Below are positions 19,875 to 29,817 of a stretch of 64,000 bases of DNA, in pieces (the first letter of the stretch is position 1; each line of letters begins with the position of its first letter). Source of the stretch: an uncultured bacterium (GTDB lineage Bacteria > Zixibacteria > MSB-5A5 > JAABVY01 > JAHJOQ01); the NCBI GenBank assembly GCA_965369655.1, contig CBDUQR010000003.1, positions 43,225 through 107,224 of the forward strand, in the 5' to 3' direction. The position numbers and the translations under genes are program-made. A model generated the notes under the pieces. The model had not been told where the DNA came from. It did not search any database and saw nothing but the letters and a program-made list of their open reading frames with translations.

Positions 19875-20128
19875 ACCTTTAATCCATATTAATTGGATTA
19901 AAGAAAAATACTATTACCTTTAATACAAACTAATTGGATTAAAGAAAAATGTCAAAACCTTTAATATGAATTGGTTGAATTAAAGAAAAACGCCGGAATC
20001 TTTAATTCAAATCAAACCAATTAAAGAAAAAAATGTAACCTTTTATTCAAGAAAATTAAATTAAAGAAAAGTGCTAAAACCTTTAATTCAAATCAACTGA
20101 ATTAAAGGGAACTGCAATAACCTTTAAT
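19875..20128. repeat. Tandem array of 6.5 x 41-bp units, each with a CTTTAAT-N13-ATTAAAG inverted repeat
   Basis: Units start at 19875, 19916, 19957, 19998, 20038, 20079 and 20120 (half unit); conserved half-sites, variable spacers. Confidence 0.92.
19927..19955 (-). promoter_or_regulatory. Putative sigma70 promoter of the Fic gene, inside the repeat array
   Basis: Minus strand TTGACA-N17-TAGTTT pointing at the Fic ATG; same form as the pgsA and rsgA promoters. Confidence 0.55.
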
Positions 20129-20294
20129 TGAGAAATAACCTGTTGTATTACTCAATAGACTGCCTAATATCATATATAACAGACAATTACGACATCATCA
20201 CTTGCATGCAGATTGCCAGGAATCACCCGCCAGCAACTGCAAATCCATAACCAACTGCACCACAATATGATATGGCCAGATTGTTCGCCGCTCT

Positions 20295-22112
20295 TTACTT
20301 TCCCGCTAACTCCACAAACGGCTCGACATCCGCCAGCATGCGGTCGACTGCTGCTGTCCAGAAATCATCTTTGGTCAGGTCGACTCCGAGATGTTTCTGT
20401 GCAAGGTCTTCGGTCGTCATCGAACCGGTATCATGCAACAGCGCGTGGTACTTCTCGAAGAACCCTTTGCCTTCAGTCTTTGCCCGATCATAGACTCCGC
20501 CCGCAAACAGAAATCCGAACGTATACGGGAAGTTGTAGAACGGCAGTCCGGTCAGGAAGAAATGCAGCTTCGATGCCCAGAAGAGTGGATGATATCCACT
20601 TTCGTCGAGCGTATTTCCAAACGCTTTCTTCTGCGCATCGACCATGATCTCATCGAGCCGTTTTCGAGACACAATGCCATTCTTCCGCTCTGAATAGAAA
20701 GCCTTATCGAAGATAAACCTCGCCTGCAGATTGCAGAACATCACATGAGTCCGCTGCAGCTTCTGATCGAGCAGCATCAATTTCTGATCCGGATCGCCCG
20801 CTTCATTGAATGCCGCGTCGGTCACAAGAAGCTCATTGAAAATCGACGCTGTCTCTGCGAGATTCGCCGGATACTCCGCGGCGAAATACGGAACATCTCT
20901 CAGCACCCAGGTGTGCCAGGCATGCCCAAGCTCATGCGCCAGGGTCATCATGTCGCCGAAGGTATCGAGATATGTCATGAATATGCGGCTCTCTTTGACC
21001 GGACCAAATCCGGTACAGAATCCGCCACCAGCTTTGCCGGATCGATTCTCGGCTTCAATCCATCTCTTGTCGAACGCCATCTGCGAGAATTCCGCCATTT
21101 CGTCGGAGAATCCCCCAAGATGTTTGACGATGAACTTCTTCGCTTCATCCCAACTCATCTTCTGGTCTGATTCTCCGACCGGCGCCGATTGATCGAACCA
21201 ACTGAATTTGTCGATTCCAAGCAGCTTTTTTTTCGTCTCGATGTATCGCTCTAAGCGAGGCACACCCGCAGCAACGGCATTCCACATGGCATCGATAGTC
21301 TCCTCTTTCAGCCGCCCCATGACGAGTGGTTCATACAGGATCGAATCCCAGTTTCGATTGCTGTAGAGCGACAACCTGAAACCTGCGAGAGAGTTAAGAG
21401 TCATAGCTGCGTATTCGGCGCGCGTTTCCCATGCCGCTTCGAGTTTCTCGAACGCCTGCTTCCTGATCGATCTGTCGGAACTGTCCATCTTGCTGGCGAG
21501 CTGCCCGAGCGAGATCTCGGTTGTTTTTCCATCCTCGTCGAAATCGACACGAAGATCCCCCGCCATCTTATCGTAAAGCCGGTTCCAGGCATGGTAACCG
21601 CTCACGGCTAATTCGTTCGCAAACGCCTCGAATTCCTCGGACATCTTCTTACGAGCGTTTGTGCGGAGTTCATCCAGCGAAAAACGAATCCCGGACAGCT
21701 CGGGATCATCGAGAAGCGCCGCCCATGCCGCATCATCCTGTCTGCGAGCATACGATTCGATCCGTGTCTGGAGTTTGTACCAGTCAGATATGAGAACATC
21801 GATCTCCTGTTTGATCTGCAATGCCGGCATGTCATCGACATTCTGCGCAGTGAGACATTCCGCGAATGCAGCCACGAGTTCGATATCCGTCACAAGCCGC
21901 TGATATTCCAGAATTGCCGACCTGCACTTATCGCTTTTGGAATGCTCCAGTTTATCGGGTAGCTGCGCAAACTGTTCAGCGGCTGCCGCGAGATCCTTTT
22001 TCAGTTTCTCACGGTAGTCAGAGAATTCTTTCGAGCCGGAACCTCCCGGAAAAATCGAATCGAGATTCCACCGCATAACGAGAGCGACATTTTCAGAAGC
22101 ATCAGAACTCAT
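20295..22112 (-). CDS. pepF: M3 family oligoendopeptidase (PepF-like)
   Basis: 'WNLDSIF', 'GKAGGGFC', zinc motif 'TLAHELGH', 'AETASIFNE', 'FYNFPYTFG'. Confidence 0.92.
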   Translation of the reverse strand: MSSDASENVALVMRWNLDSIFPGGSGSKEFSDYREKLKKDLAAAAEQFAQLPDKLEHSKSDKCRSAILEYQRLVTDIELVAAFAECLTAQNVDDMPALQIKQEIDVLISDWYKLQTRIESYARRQDDAAWAALLDDPELSGIRFSLDELRTNARKKMSEEFEAFANELAVSGYHAWNRLYDKMAGDLRVDFDEDGKTTEISLGQLASKMDSSDRSIRKQAFEKLEAAWETRAEYAAMTLNSLAGFRLSLYSNRNWDSILYEPLVMGRLKEETIDAMWNAVAAGVPRLERYIETKKKLLGIDKFSWFDQSAPVGESDQKMSWDEAKKFIVKHLGGFSDEMAEFSQMAFDKRWIEAENRSGKAGGGFCTGFGPVKESRIFMTYLDTFGDMMTLAHELGHAWHTWVLRDVPYFAAEYPANLAETASIFNELLVTDAAFNEAGDPDQKLMLLDQKLQRTHVMFCNLQARFIFDKAFYSERKNGIVSRKRLDEIMVDAQKKAFGNTLDESGYHPLFWASKLHFFLTGLPFYNFPYTFGFLFAGGVYDRAKTEGKGFFEKYHALLHDTGSMTTEDLAQKHLGVDLTKDDFWTAAVDRMLADVEPFVELAGK

Positions 22113-22336
22113 GGCTTTCTCCCTGGCAATTTTACCACAGCGGCCGTTCCGCTGGACATAGAGGTCAAATAAAACAACTATTTTTCAAGAGTATATAACA
22201 TACGGATGGCGGTTTTTCAAGCCGTTACTGCTGTCAGCGGACTTGATGTGGTTGTTTTATATGTCCTGGTCTCCAGCAGATTGGCGTTCCGCAGCAGGCC
22301 AAGCCTGTCAGCGACCGAAAACCCGACTTCCAGATT

Positions 22337-22385
22337 GGGGCAGATCCTTCGAAGCTCAGGACTTGCGAGGACGTCTGCCGCCCAC
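22337..22385 (-). repeat. GTGG-tagged REP (GTGGGCGGCAGACGTCCTCGTCTGCCCC) with a 21-bp insertion
   Basis: Removing TCCTTCGAAGCTCAGGACTTG (22345-22365) restores the same REP that is reconstructed from 50859-51137. Confidence 0.75.
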
Positions 22386-22706
22386 TCATAGCACTCATCC
22401 GGGCAACTACAGAGCAATGGATCAAGGTCATTCTTTGCACAGGTTGGCGTGACGTACTAAGCGACTCTTGTCTCATTCCGATACACTCAGCAAGGTCCAG
22501 ACATCGTTGCACGGTATGATCGGTCCTGGACCAGCACAGCAGGGATTGCTTACGCGTTCGATCAGGATCGAACAAGAGTCGACTCGGAAGAGAAATTCTC
22601 CGCACTCGACACAGAATACCTCAACAAGCTGAATCTGACCGACAAACTCAAACACCTGCAACGCATGTCCGCAGCCGGTGTGGCATAAGCTATATTCTCA
22701 CGAATA

Positions 22707-23585
22707 TCAGAGTGACATGAGTATCAGTACAGTCGCAAACCAGAGCAGCACATTGACGAGCAGCGGCAGATCGGTGAGCAGGACTCGCGACGGCGAGCCT
22801 CCTTTTTCCTTCTTGTGGATCAGATAGAGATACCTGAATATCCCATACACCACGAACGGCACGGATATTTCGAGATGCTCAACCCCGAGTTTCTGTTCGA
22901 CTTCAGGTGAAAGAGTGTAAAATGTATAGGCGATGACTACGGAAGCCGTGACAACAGAAGTCATCTGATCGAGGAAATAGACCGAATAATGTTCCAGAAT
23001 TGCCCTGTGTTCACTTGCCGCCTCCTTGAGTGATTCCAGCTCGTGCCGCCTCTTTCCGAAGGCGAGAAACAACGCCAGAAGAAACGTACAAACAACCAGC
23101 CATGAGGATATCGGCACGGAGATAGCAATACCTCCGGCGATCGCCCTCAGGACAAATCCCCCCGCAATCGTCATCACATCGACTATAACAATATGCTTCA
23201 GGACAATCGAATAAAGGATATTCAGCACAGCATAACAAACAAGCAACACCAGTGTTTGCGGATTCAGGAAAATCCAGGCGGTCAACATTGCGCCTGCCAT
23301 GAAAAGAGCCGACAGAACGATGGCAGTACTGCGAGGGACAACGCCGGATGCAATCGGACGATTCGACTTTGTCGGATGAACCCGGTCTCTTTCATAATCG
23401 AGAACATCATTGAACAGATAGACAGAGGACGAGGCGAGACAGAATAATCCGAACAGGATGATCGATGATTCGATCAGTTGAAGATCAGTGAAGCTCTTTG
23501 AGAAAACCAGCGCTCCAAAGACGACCAGGTTCTTGGTCCACTGTTCGGGTCTGAGGCTCCGGATCAACCCTGTCGCAAAGTTCAT
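22707..23585 (-). CDS. UbiA-family prenyltransferase, decaprenyl-phosphate phosphoribosyltransferase-like
   Basis: 'LRPEQWTKN', 'NDVLDYERDRVHPTKSNRPIASG', 'KRRHEL', 'YGIFRYLYL', 'GGSPSRVLLTD'. Confidence 0.88.
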   Translation of the reverse strand: MNFATGLIRSLRPEQWTKNLVVFGALVFSKSFTDLQLIESSIILFGLFCLASSSVYLFNDVLDYERDRVHPTKSNRPIASGVVPRSTAIVLSALFMAGAMLTAWIFLNPQTLVLLVCYAVLNILYSIVLKHIVIVDVMTIAGGFVLRAIAGGIAISVPISSWLVVCTFLLALFLAFGKRRHELESLKEAASEHRAILEHYSVYFLDQMTSVVTASVVIAYTFYTLSPEVEQKLGVEHLEISVPFVVYGIFRYLYLIHKKEKGGSPSRVLLTDLPLLVNVLLWFATVLILMSL

Positions 23586-23609
23586 GGATACAAGATACCG
23601 ACTGAGTGT

Positions 23610-24251
23610 TTAGAACGGCAAGCTGTTTTCTATCGACTCGTGAATTGATGCCAGGAAGTCCTGGAGTATCGTATCCGCAGCAGCTTCATCCGGGCCGCGC
23701 ACATTGACCACAAGTCGGATCAGAGCCGCATCTGTCGGCCTGAGTCGCACCGAGTTGAGAACAAGGTCGAACTTGAGGGCATACTCATTGGTCAGAACAC
23801 CTGATCTGGTCCTGAACCAGTAATAGACTACCTGTCGCATCTTCTTGTTGCCGATCACAACACGATTGACCGAGAACTCCTGTCCGTTTATCTCAATATC
23901 GTGCGGACTCGATTCGAGAATACCCCAGCCGCCTCCGGGAAGGCAGTGTTTCGGCGAATGAATCTGCGAGCCATACTTCTGATCATCAAAGTAACCTATG
24001 AACAACGATGCTTCAGCTCCATCCGGTCTGCGATATCGCCTCGAGGTCGTACTGGTCGCCTTGAGAACCTCGAGAGTGAAATCGGACAGCGCATACTCGG
24101 TACCGTCCCAGCCGTCGATCTCGAGTGGAATCACAGAGAAGTCCGACGGTCTCTCCGGATGCACGCGAACATAACGGAGCATGACAGTCAGCGCTCCTGC
24201 AACCAGAAGCAATCCGATTACTATGTAGTATCTATAGGCAGACTTTTCCAT
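23610..24251 (-). CDS. epsI: EpsI family exosortase-associated protein
   Basis: N-terminal TM, 'IPLEIDGWDG', 'IHSPKHCLPGGGW', 'VYYWF', 'DAALIRL'. Confidence 0.9.
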   Translation of the reverse strand: MEKSAYRYYIVIGLLLVAGALTVMLRYVRVHPERPSDFSVIPLEIDGWDGTEYALSDFTLEVLKATSTTSRRYRRPDGAEASLFIGYFDDQKYGSQIHSPKHCLPGGGWGILESSPHDIEINGQEFSVNRVVIGNKKMRQVVYYWFRTRSGVLTNEYALKFDLVLNSVRLRPTDAALIRLVVNVRGPDEAAADTILQDFLASIHESIENSLPF

Positions 24252-25087
24252 CTCAGAATAGAACTCACTATCAAAAGCATTATCATCGAGAACAGAAACA
24301 CCAGCATTCCGGCCATCTCGTGCAGCGTTCCCTCAACGAATTTCTCACTGATCGCGTATGTCCCGACGGTTGTGAAGATTATCCTTACGACATTCCCGAG
24401 GATTGCAATCGGAATCGTAGACAGAAACAGAACCACCGCTTTCGTTCGGTTGTCCTGAGTGAAATAGGCCATCAGCGCACCCAGCGCAAGAAGCGACATT
24501 ATCGATCTGAGGCCGCTGCAAGCCTCCGCGACCTCAAGCGCCTGCCCCCCCGGCAGATACAGCACATTTCCGAGCCTCACAAGCGGCAGACCGATCAGGC
24601 TCACAGCAGACGATGCAATCTGTGATGCGAAAAGCTGCATCGGGAAAGTCAGGGAATAGTAAATAACATACGGTATCGGAATCATAAACAGCAAAAATGC
24701 AAATGCAAACCAGATTCGCTTGAAAACTCGAGTGCCGAAAAAGCAGAGCGCAAGTGATGAGAGCAACAGCACAAAGGAAAACCGTACGCTGAAGTATTCG
24801 GCTCCCGCCGTACCGATTATGAATATCAGCAGCGCTGCCAATATCCCTGCAAATCCGACATTGCTCCACTTGACGGGAAGTCTCGATATCTCCGCTCTCT
24901 GTCGCCAGATGAACCAGATCGACACCGGGATTATCAGGAAGCCGTGTGAATAGTTGGAATCTTCGTACCAATCCAGCACGAGGTCTTTCAGAACGGGCAG
25001 ATATATCAGAAACACAAGTCCCAGTATCAGGTAGAGCCTGCGGTCGATTCCTGGCTGATTCTCTGCGATTGCAGCAGATTGGGACAT
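24221..25087 (-). CDS. Exosortase (EpsH/Xrt family)
   Basis: 'YSHGFLI' and the catalytic Cys-Arg-His in 'VAEACSGLRS', 'NVVR', 'LHEMAG'; multi-TM. Confidence 0.93.
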   Translation of the reverse strand: MSQSAAIAENQPGIDRRLYLILGLVFLIYLPVLKDLVLDWYEDSNYSHGFLIIPVSIWFIWRQRAEISRLPVKWSNVGFAGILAALLIFIIGTAGAEYFSVRFSFVLLLSSLALCFFGTRVFKRIWFAFAFLLFMIPIPYVIYYSLTFPMQLFASQIASSAVSLIGLPLVRLGNVLYLPGGQALEVAEACSGLRSIMSLLALGALMAYFTQDNRTKAVVLFLSTIPIAILGNVVRIIFTTVGTYAISEKFVEGTLHEMAGMLVFLFSMIMLLIVSSILRWKSLPIDTT

Positions 25088-25094
25088 AGTGGTA

Positions 25095-26048
25095 TTAGCT
25101 GGCCGGCGCCTTTTCAGGAATCCTGCTCCTGAAATATTCGATCGTGCGCCTTAATCCTTCCCTGAAATCGACAGTGATCTCGAACCCGAGTTCCTTCTCC
25201 GCCAGAGATATGTCTGATCCCGAGTGCCTGATATCGCCCTGTTTCTCCGGTTTGAACACCGGTTCCACATCAACACCGAGCAGTTCTTTGAGCACTTCGA
25301 GCAGATCGAACAGGGTGAACCGAACTCCACCCGCGATATTGTAAACTTTGCCGGCCACATCCGGCGCTTCAGAGGCAAGAAGATTCGCGGAAACCACATT
25401 GTCAACATAAACGAAGTCTCTCGACTGCAGGCCATCACCGAAAATAACAGGCTGTTTGGATGTCAGAAGAGCATTCATGAACTTCGGGATCACAGCCGCA
25501 TAATCGCTGGCCGGATTCTGGTTCGGACCGAATACGTTGAAGTACCGCAGTACGACTGTCTCAAGGCCGTACAATTCATAGTATATTCGGCAATAATCCT
25601 CGCCGACGAGCTTGGCTGCCGCATACGGAGATAATGTCTTCAATTCAGACTGTTCCGTCTTGGGCAGATCGGCAAGATCACCATAGACCGCCGATGAGGA
25701 CGCGAACACGAATCGCTTGATTCCCGCAACCCGTGCTGCTTCCAATAGATTTATAGTACCGGATATATTGACTTCGGATGACCCGACCGGATCTGCGACC
25801 GAGAGCTCGACGGAAGGAATGGCCGCCTGATGGAAAACGATGTCGACCCCCGACATTGACCGGGCGACTGCGTCAGAATCCCTGATGTCTCCCTTAATCA
25901 GCTCGATCTTACCTTTGATCCGCGAGATGTTCTCCATCCGCCCGGTGGAGAAATCGTCTAAGATTCGGACAGTCTCGTCACGATTTACAAGCTCGGCAAC
26001 GATGTTCGAGCCTATGAACCCGGCTCCTCCGGTCACCAAGTATTTCAT
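25095..26048 (-). CDS. NAD-dependent nucleotide-sugar epimerase/dehydratase (WbpP/GalE-like SDR)
   Basis: 'TGGAGFIGS', 'SSSAVYG', YxxxK (YAAAK), 'RYFNVFGP'. Confidence 0.93.
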   Translation of the reverse strand: MKYLVTGGAGFIGSNIVAELVNRDETVRILDDFSTGRMENISRIKGKIELIKGDIRDSDAVARSMSGVDIVFHQAAIPSVELSVADPVGSSEVNISGTINLLEAARVAGIKRFVFASSSAVYGDLADLPKTEQSELKTLSPYAAAKLVGEDYCRIYYELYGLETVVLRYFNVFGPNQNPASDYAAVIPKFMNALLTSKQPVIFGDGLQSRDFVYVDNVVSANLLASEAPDVAGKVYNIAGGVRFTLFDLLEVLKELLGVDVEPVFKPEKQGDIRHSGSDISLAEKELGFEITVDFREGLRRTIEYFRSRIPEKAPAS

Positions 26049-26257
26049 CTATGTACCTTTAGTTCGAGTCTTTTTGTAAGTATCGACCAAAACTGTCAGC
26101 TTTTGAGCGCTTGATCACAGATTAGCCGGAATGAGAACAGACGACACAGATTCTGACCCGCAAACGGCGTTTCCGGCATGATTCTGAACAATCGCCAGGA
26201 TTGATCGTTCCCCATGCATGCCCAGCTTACAGCATCAGAGAGCATTACGCAGGCATG

Positions 26258-28771
26258 TCAGCTTTCGTCTGTGGCCGATTCATCGCCCGCTTCGCCATTA
26301 TTTTCAGCTTGTGGCGCATCCGCATCGCCGTTCTGAGAACCGTTGTTTCCTGTCACAACTCTGGCTACGTCGACAACTGTATCGCCCTCGTCGAGATTTA
26401 TGAGTTTTACGCCCTGCGTAGCACGGCCGATGGATCGAATCTGCCTTATCGGTGTGCGAATGATGATTCCATTCTGCGTTATGATCATCAACTCGTCATT
26501 GTCGACAACCTCTTTTACAGCAACGACTTCGCCATTCCTGTCGGATGTCTTGATGTTGATTATGCCTTTTCCGCCTCGGTTCGTGACGCGGTAATCGTCG
26601 ACGGCTGATCTCTTGCCGAATCCATTCTCTGTCACGGTCATAACCCAGGATTGACGCTTGATGACCACCATCGATACAACGTAGTCATCACTCTCGAGGT
26701 TTATGCCCTTGACGCCGTATGCAGTACGTCCCATCGCACGGACTTTATTCTCCGGGAATCGTATCGCCTTGCCGAGACGGGATGCGAGCACGATCTCGTT
26801 GGTACCGTCGGTGATCGAGGCGTCGATCAGCTCGTCTTCACCCTTGAGTATTTTGATCGCGATAATGCCGTCGCGTCGCGGGTTCGAGAATGCCGTCAGC
26901 TCGGTTTTCTTGATCTGACCATTCCTGGTAGCCATGACCACAAAATGACCCGGCTCGAATCGTCTCACCGCCTGGAATGCGCAGATCGATTCGCCATCGG
27001 AAAGCTGAATCATATTCGTAGCATGCCGTCCCTTGGCAGCTCGGCCACCGACAGGAATCTCGTGCACTTTTATCCAGAAACATTTCCCGAACGATGTGAA
27101 GAACAGGATATAATCATGCGTCGATGCAATGAACAGGTGCTGGATGAAGTCGTCATCTTTTTTGTCCATCCCGATCACACCGCGCCCACCCCGATGCTGT
27201 TTGTGGTATGACGATATCGACAGCCTCTTGATATGGCCGCCGTGTGTGATCGTAATGGCCATGTCTTCTTCAGCAATCAGATCCTCGAGCGACAGCTCTT
27301 CTTCTTCGTCTGTGATCAGCGTCCGACGCTCATCGCCGAAGCGATCTCTGATTTCATCGAGTTCCTCGCGAATCAAACTCATGCGCTTCGGATATGACGC
27401 CAGGATGTTCTTGAGCCGCTCGATCGTCTGGATCAACTCGAGGTATTCCTGTTCTATCTTGTCGCGTTCGAGTCCGGTGAGGCGCTGCAGGCGCATATCG
27501 AGAATAGCCTGAGCCTGAATCTCGCTCAGCTTGAATTCCTTCATCAAGCCCTGTTTCGCGTCGGCGGGCGTCTTCGACGCCCTGATCAGCGCAATCACGG
27601 CGTCGATATTATCAAGGGCGATTTTCAATCCTTCGAGTACGTGCGCCCGTTTTTCGGCCTCGTCCAATTCGTATTTCGTGCGACGAGTAATAACTTCGTG
27701 CCGATGCTTCAGGAACTGTTCGAGAATTGTCCGCAGGCTCGTACGCCTCGGAATACCGCCGATCAATGACAGCATGTTGACGCCGAACGTCGTCTGCATC
27801 TGCGTATGCTTGAAGAGCTGATTCAAGACAATAGTCGCTTGGGCATCGCGACGCAACTCGACGACAATCCGCATACCGTCGCGGTCCGATTCATCCCGCA
27901 GATCGGTGATACCTTCGAGCTTTTTCGCGCGAACAAGATCTGCAATCTTTTCGAGGAGATTAGTCTTATTGACCTGGAACGGTATCTCGGAGACGATAAT
28001 GAATTCCTTGCCGTTTTTTTGCTTTTCGATATTTACCTTCGCTCGCACGATGATTCGCCCCTGACCTGTCAAATGGGCGTCACGGATACCATCCCTGCCA
28101 TAAATAATCCCACCGGTCGGGAAATCGGGACCGGTGACAATCTCCAGAAGTTGTTCGTCCTCGACCTCCGGGTCATCGATTATCTTAGTCAATGCATCGC
28201 AGATCTCGGTCAGATTATGAGGTGGGATGTTCGTCGCCATTCCGACTGCGATACCTGATGATCCGTTGCAGATAAGATTCGGAAACTTGCCCGGGAGAAC
28301 GACAGGTTCGTCCCGCGTCTCGTCATAGTTCGGCTGGTAATTAACCGTGTCTTTCTTGATGTCCGCCAGCATTTCCATCGCGATAGGCGTAAGACGAGCC
28401 TCTGTGTATCGCATCGCCGCCGCGTTGTCGCCGTCGATCGAGCCGAAATTCCCCTGGCCATCGACAAGTGGGTACCGCATAGCGAAATCCTGCGCCATTC
28501 TCACCAGTGTCGGATAGACTACCTGCTCGCCGTGAGGATGATAGTTGCCGGATGTGTCGCCGGCGATCTTGGCGCACTTACGGTATGGTCGTCCCGGCGC
28601 AAGATTCAGGTCGTTCATCGCGATCAGGATTCGCCGGTTGGATGGTTTCAGTCCGTCGCGAACATCAGGCAGCGCCCGCGCGGTAATGACGGACATCGAG
28701 TAGTCGAGATAACTCGACTTCATTTCCTCTGCGAGAGGCTGACTTAGAATATTCTGCCGATCACTCACCAT
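26258..28771 (-). CDS. gyrA: DNA gyrase subunit A
   Basis: '[12 protein letters not shown]', 'AAMRYTE', GyrA-box 'QHRGGRG', C-terminal beta-pinwheel repeats. Confidence 0.98.
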   Translation of the reverse strand: MVSDRQNILSQPLAEEMKSSYLDYSMSVITARALPDVRDGLKPSNRRILIAMNDLNLAPGRPYRKCAKIAGDTSGNYHPHGEQVVYPTLVRMAQDFAMRYPLVDGQGNFGSIDGDNAAAMRYTEARLTPIAMEMLADIKKDTVNYQPNYDETRDEPVVLPGKFPNLICNGSSGIAVGMATNIPPHNLTEICDALTKIIDDPEVEDEQLLEIVTGPDFPTGGIIYGRDGIRDAHLTGQGRIIVRAKVNIEKQKNGKEFIIVSEIPFQVNKTNLLEKIADLVRAKKLEGITDLRDESDRDGMRIVVELRRDAQATIVLNQLFKHTQMQTTFGVNMLSLIGGIPRRTSLRTILEQFLKHRHEVITRRTKYELDEAEKRAHVLEGLKIALDNIDAVIALIRASKTPADAKQGLMKEFKLSEIQAQAILDMRLQRLTGLERDKIEQEYLELIQTIERLKNILASYPKRMSLIREELDEIRDRFGDERRTLITDEEEELSLEDLIAEEDMAITITHGGHIKRLSISSYHKQHRGGRGVIGMDKKDDDFIQHLFIASTHDYILFFTSFGKCFWIKVHEIPVGGRAAKGRHATNMIQLSDGESICAFQAVRRFEPGHFVVMATRNGQIKKTELTAFSNPRRDGIIAIKILKGEDELIDASITDGTNEIVLASRLGKAIRFPENKVRAMGRTAYGVKGINLESDDYVVSMVVIKRQSWVMTVTENGFGKRSAVDDYRVTNRGGKGIINIKTSDRNGEVVAVKEVVDNDELMIITQNGIIIRTPIRQIRSIGRATQGVKLINLDEGDTVVDVARVVTGNNGSQNGDADAPQAENNGEAGDESATDES

Positions 28772-28800
28772 GATTTATATCCTTGATACATTCAGTGTTC

Positions 28801-29817
28801 TCAATTAGACTCACCTTTCCCTGGTGGTTGCCAGGGAGTACCATCTAGTAATTCATCTGGGTGCTCAATCCACTGATTGATTTCACGAAACCAAATTTCA
28901 AACTCATGATCCTCTTTCAAATCTGTTTCGCTCAGTTTTGCTAAACTGGATGAGAGCATCTCATGGTATTTTGGATTGACTTGCGAGAAGAGAGCATATT
29001 TCCGCGCAAGACAATGGATACCGTCCAACGCTAACCGCACGAGGTTTCTAAACGGGATTTCCTCAGGTTTAATTATCGGAGACCGTGTTATAATCCAGAT
29101 GGACATTGTCCAGTGTTTAATGGCTTCCAACGCATAATCTATTTTCTCTTCATCTCTTTGGCTTACCTTGGATGCGACGAGGATGGCCGCTTGGATATGA
29201 TGATCCTGCGCCGAGAACATTAGTTTCAAAGTCCCCTCACTGTCAGTGAACTGCTTTTCAAGCTGTGTCTGCATTTGCCTATATTCGTCGCGCAGTTCCT
29301 TCTGCAACTGCTCAAGTGCTGACCCTAGCTCCGTGCGATATTCTTCTCTCAATTTCTGTTGATAATTTTTTAGCATAAGTCGAAATATTGCTAAATATGA
29401 AATGCCCACAAAAGTTAGCAGTCCAGCAACGAGAATGCTCGCATACCAAAGAACCTTTGTCATGTAGTCTTCTTGGTTTCGAAGAACCAAATCTGTCTGG
29501 CTGCGTTGCGTATCAAGAAGGTGTCCAAGAAACTCGGCTTTGATTGAATCAGCGACAGACTGAGCGATCCAAACCGTATCCTGCTTCACAACTACAACTG
29601 TATCCGCTTCCCCCTTCGCCGTTGGTTGCGTAAGGAGGAACAGTGCCAGAAGCAGTGTGATGTATAAGGTCAGTTTACCGACTTGTCGTCCCCGCGAAGG
29701 CGGGGAACCATTGTATGACATTCGATTGTTGGAATGGATTCCCGCATGCGCGGGAATGACAGGACTGAAGCTCTTGACAGTATTAAAGCTCCCATTGCAA
29801 CAGGAAGTGTGCTTCAT
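28801..29817 (-). CDS. Hypothetical membrane protein (signal/TM segment, second TM, coiled coil); passenger downstream of the GIY-YIG gene
   Basis: 338-aa ORF, more AT-rich than gyrA/gyrB. Start uncertain because the N-terminus is read through a REP dimer. ATGA overlap with the GIY-YIG stop. Confidence 0.6.
   Translation of the reverse strand: MKHTSCCNGSFNTVKSFSPVIPAHAGIHSNNRMSYNGSPPSRGRQVGKLTLYITLLLALFLLTQPTAKGEADTVVVVKQDTVWIAQSVADSIKAEFLGHLLDTQRSQTDLVLRNQEDYMTKVLWYASILVAGLLTFVGISYLAIFRLMLKNYQQKLREEYRTELGSALEQLQKELRDEYRQMQTQLEKQFTDSEGTLKLMFSAQDHHIQAAILVASKVSQRDEEKIDYALEAIKHWTMSIWIITRSPIIKPEEIPFRNLVRLALDGIHCLARKYALFSQVNPKYHEMLSSSLAKLSETDLKEDHEFEIWFREINQWIEHPDELLDGTPWQPPGKGESN
29685..29760. 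repeat. GTC-terminated palindrome dimer (REP-like)
   Basis: GTCGTCCCCGCGAAGGCGGGGAACCA-N24-TGGATTCCCGCATGCGCGGGAATGAC. Confidence 0.85.

Noticed and set aside
19875-20128. CRISPR array
   Set aside because: The variable parts are only 13-14 bp and partly similar to each other, the constant parts are 7-9 bp, and no cas genes are present.
22390-22690. Possible gene remnant or Cys-rich small protein between pepF and the UbiA gene
   Set aside because: Several short frames exist on both strands, none with a convincing start or recognisable motif; I cannot support a call.
22707-23585. DGGGP synthase partnering the GGGPS
   Set aside because: The motifs (QWxKN, DRxHPxKxxRPIASG, KRRxEL, YGIFRY) fit the DPPR-synthase-like UbiA branch better; a phylogeny would settle it.
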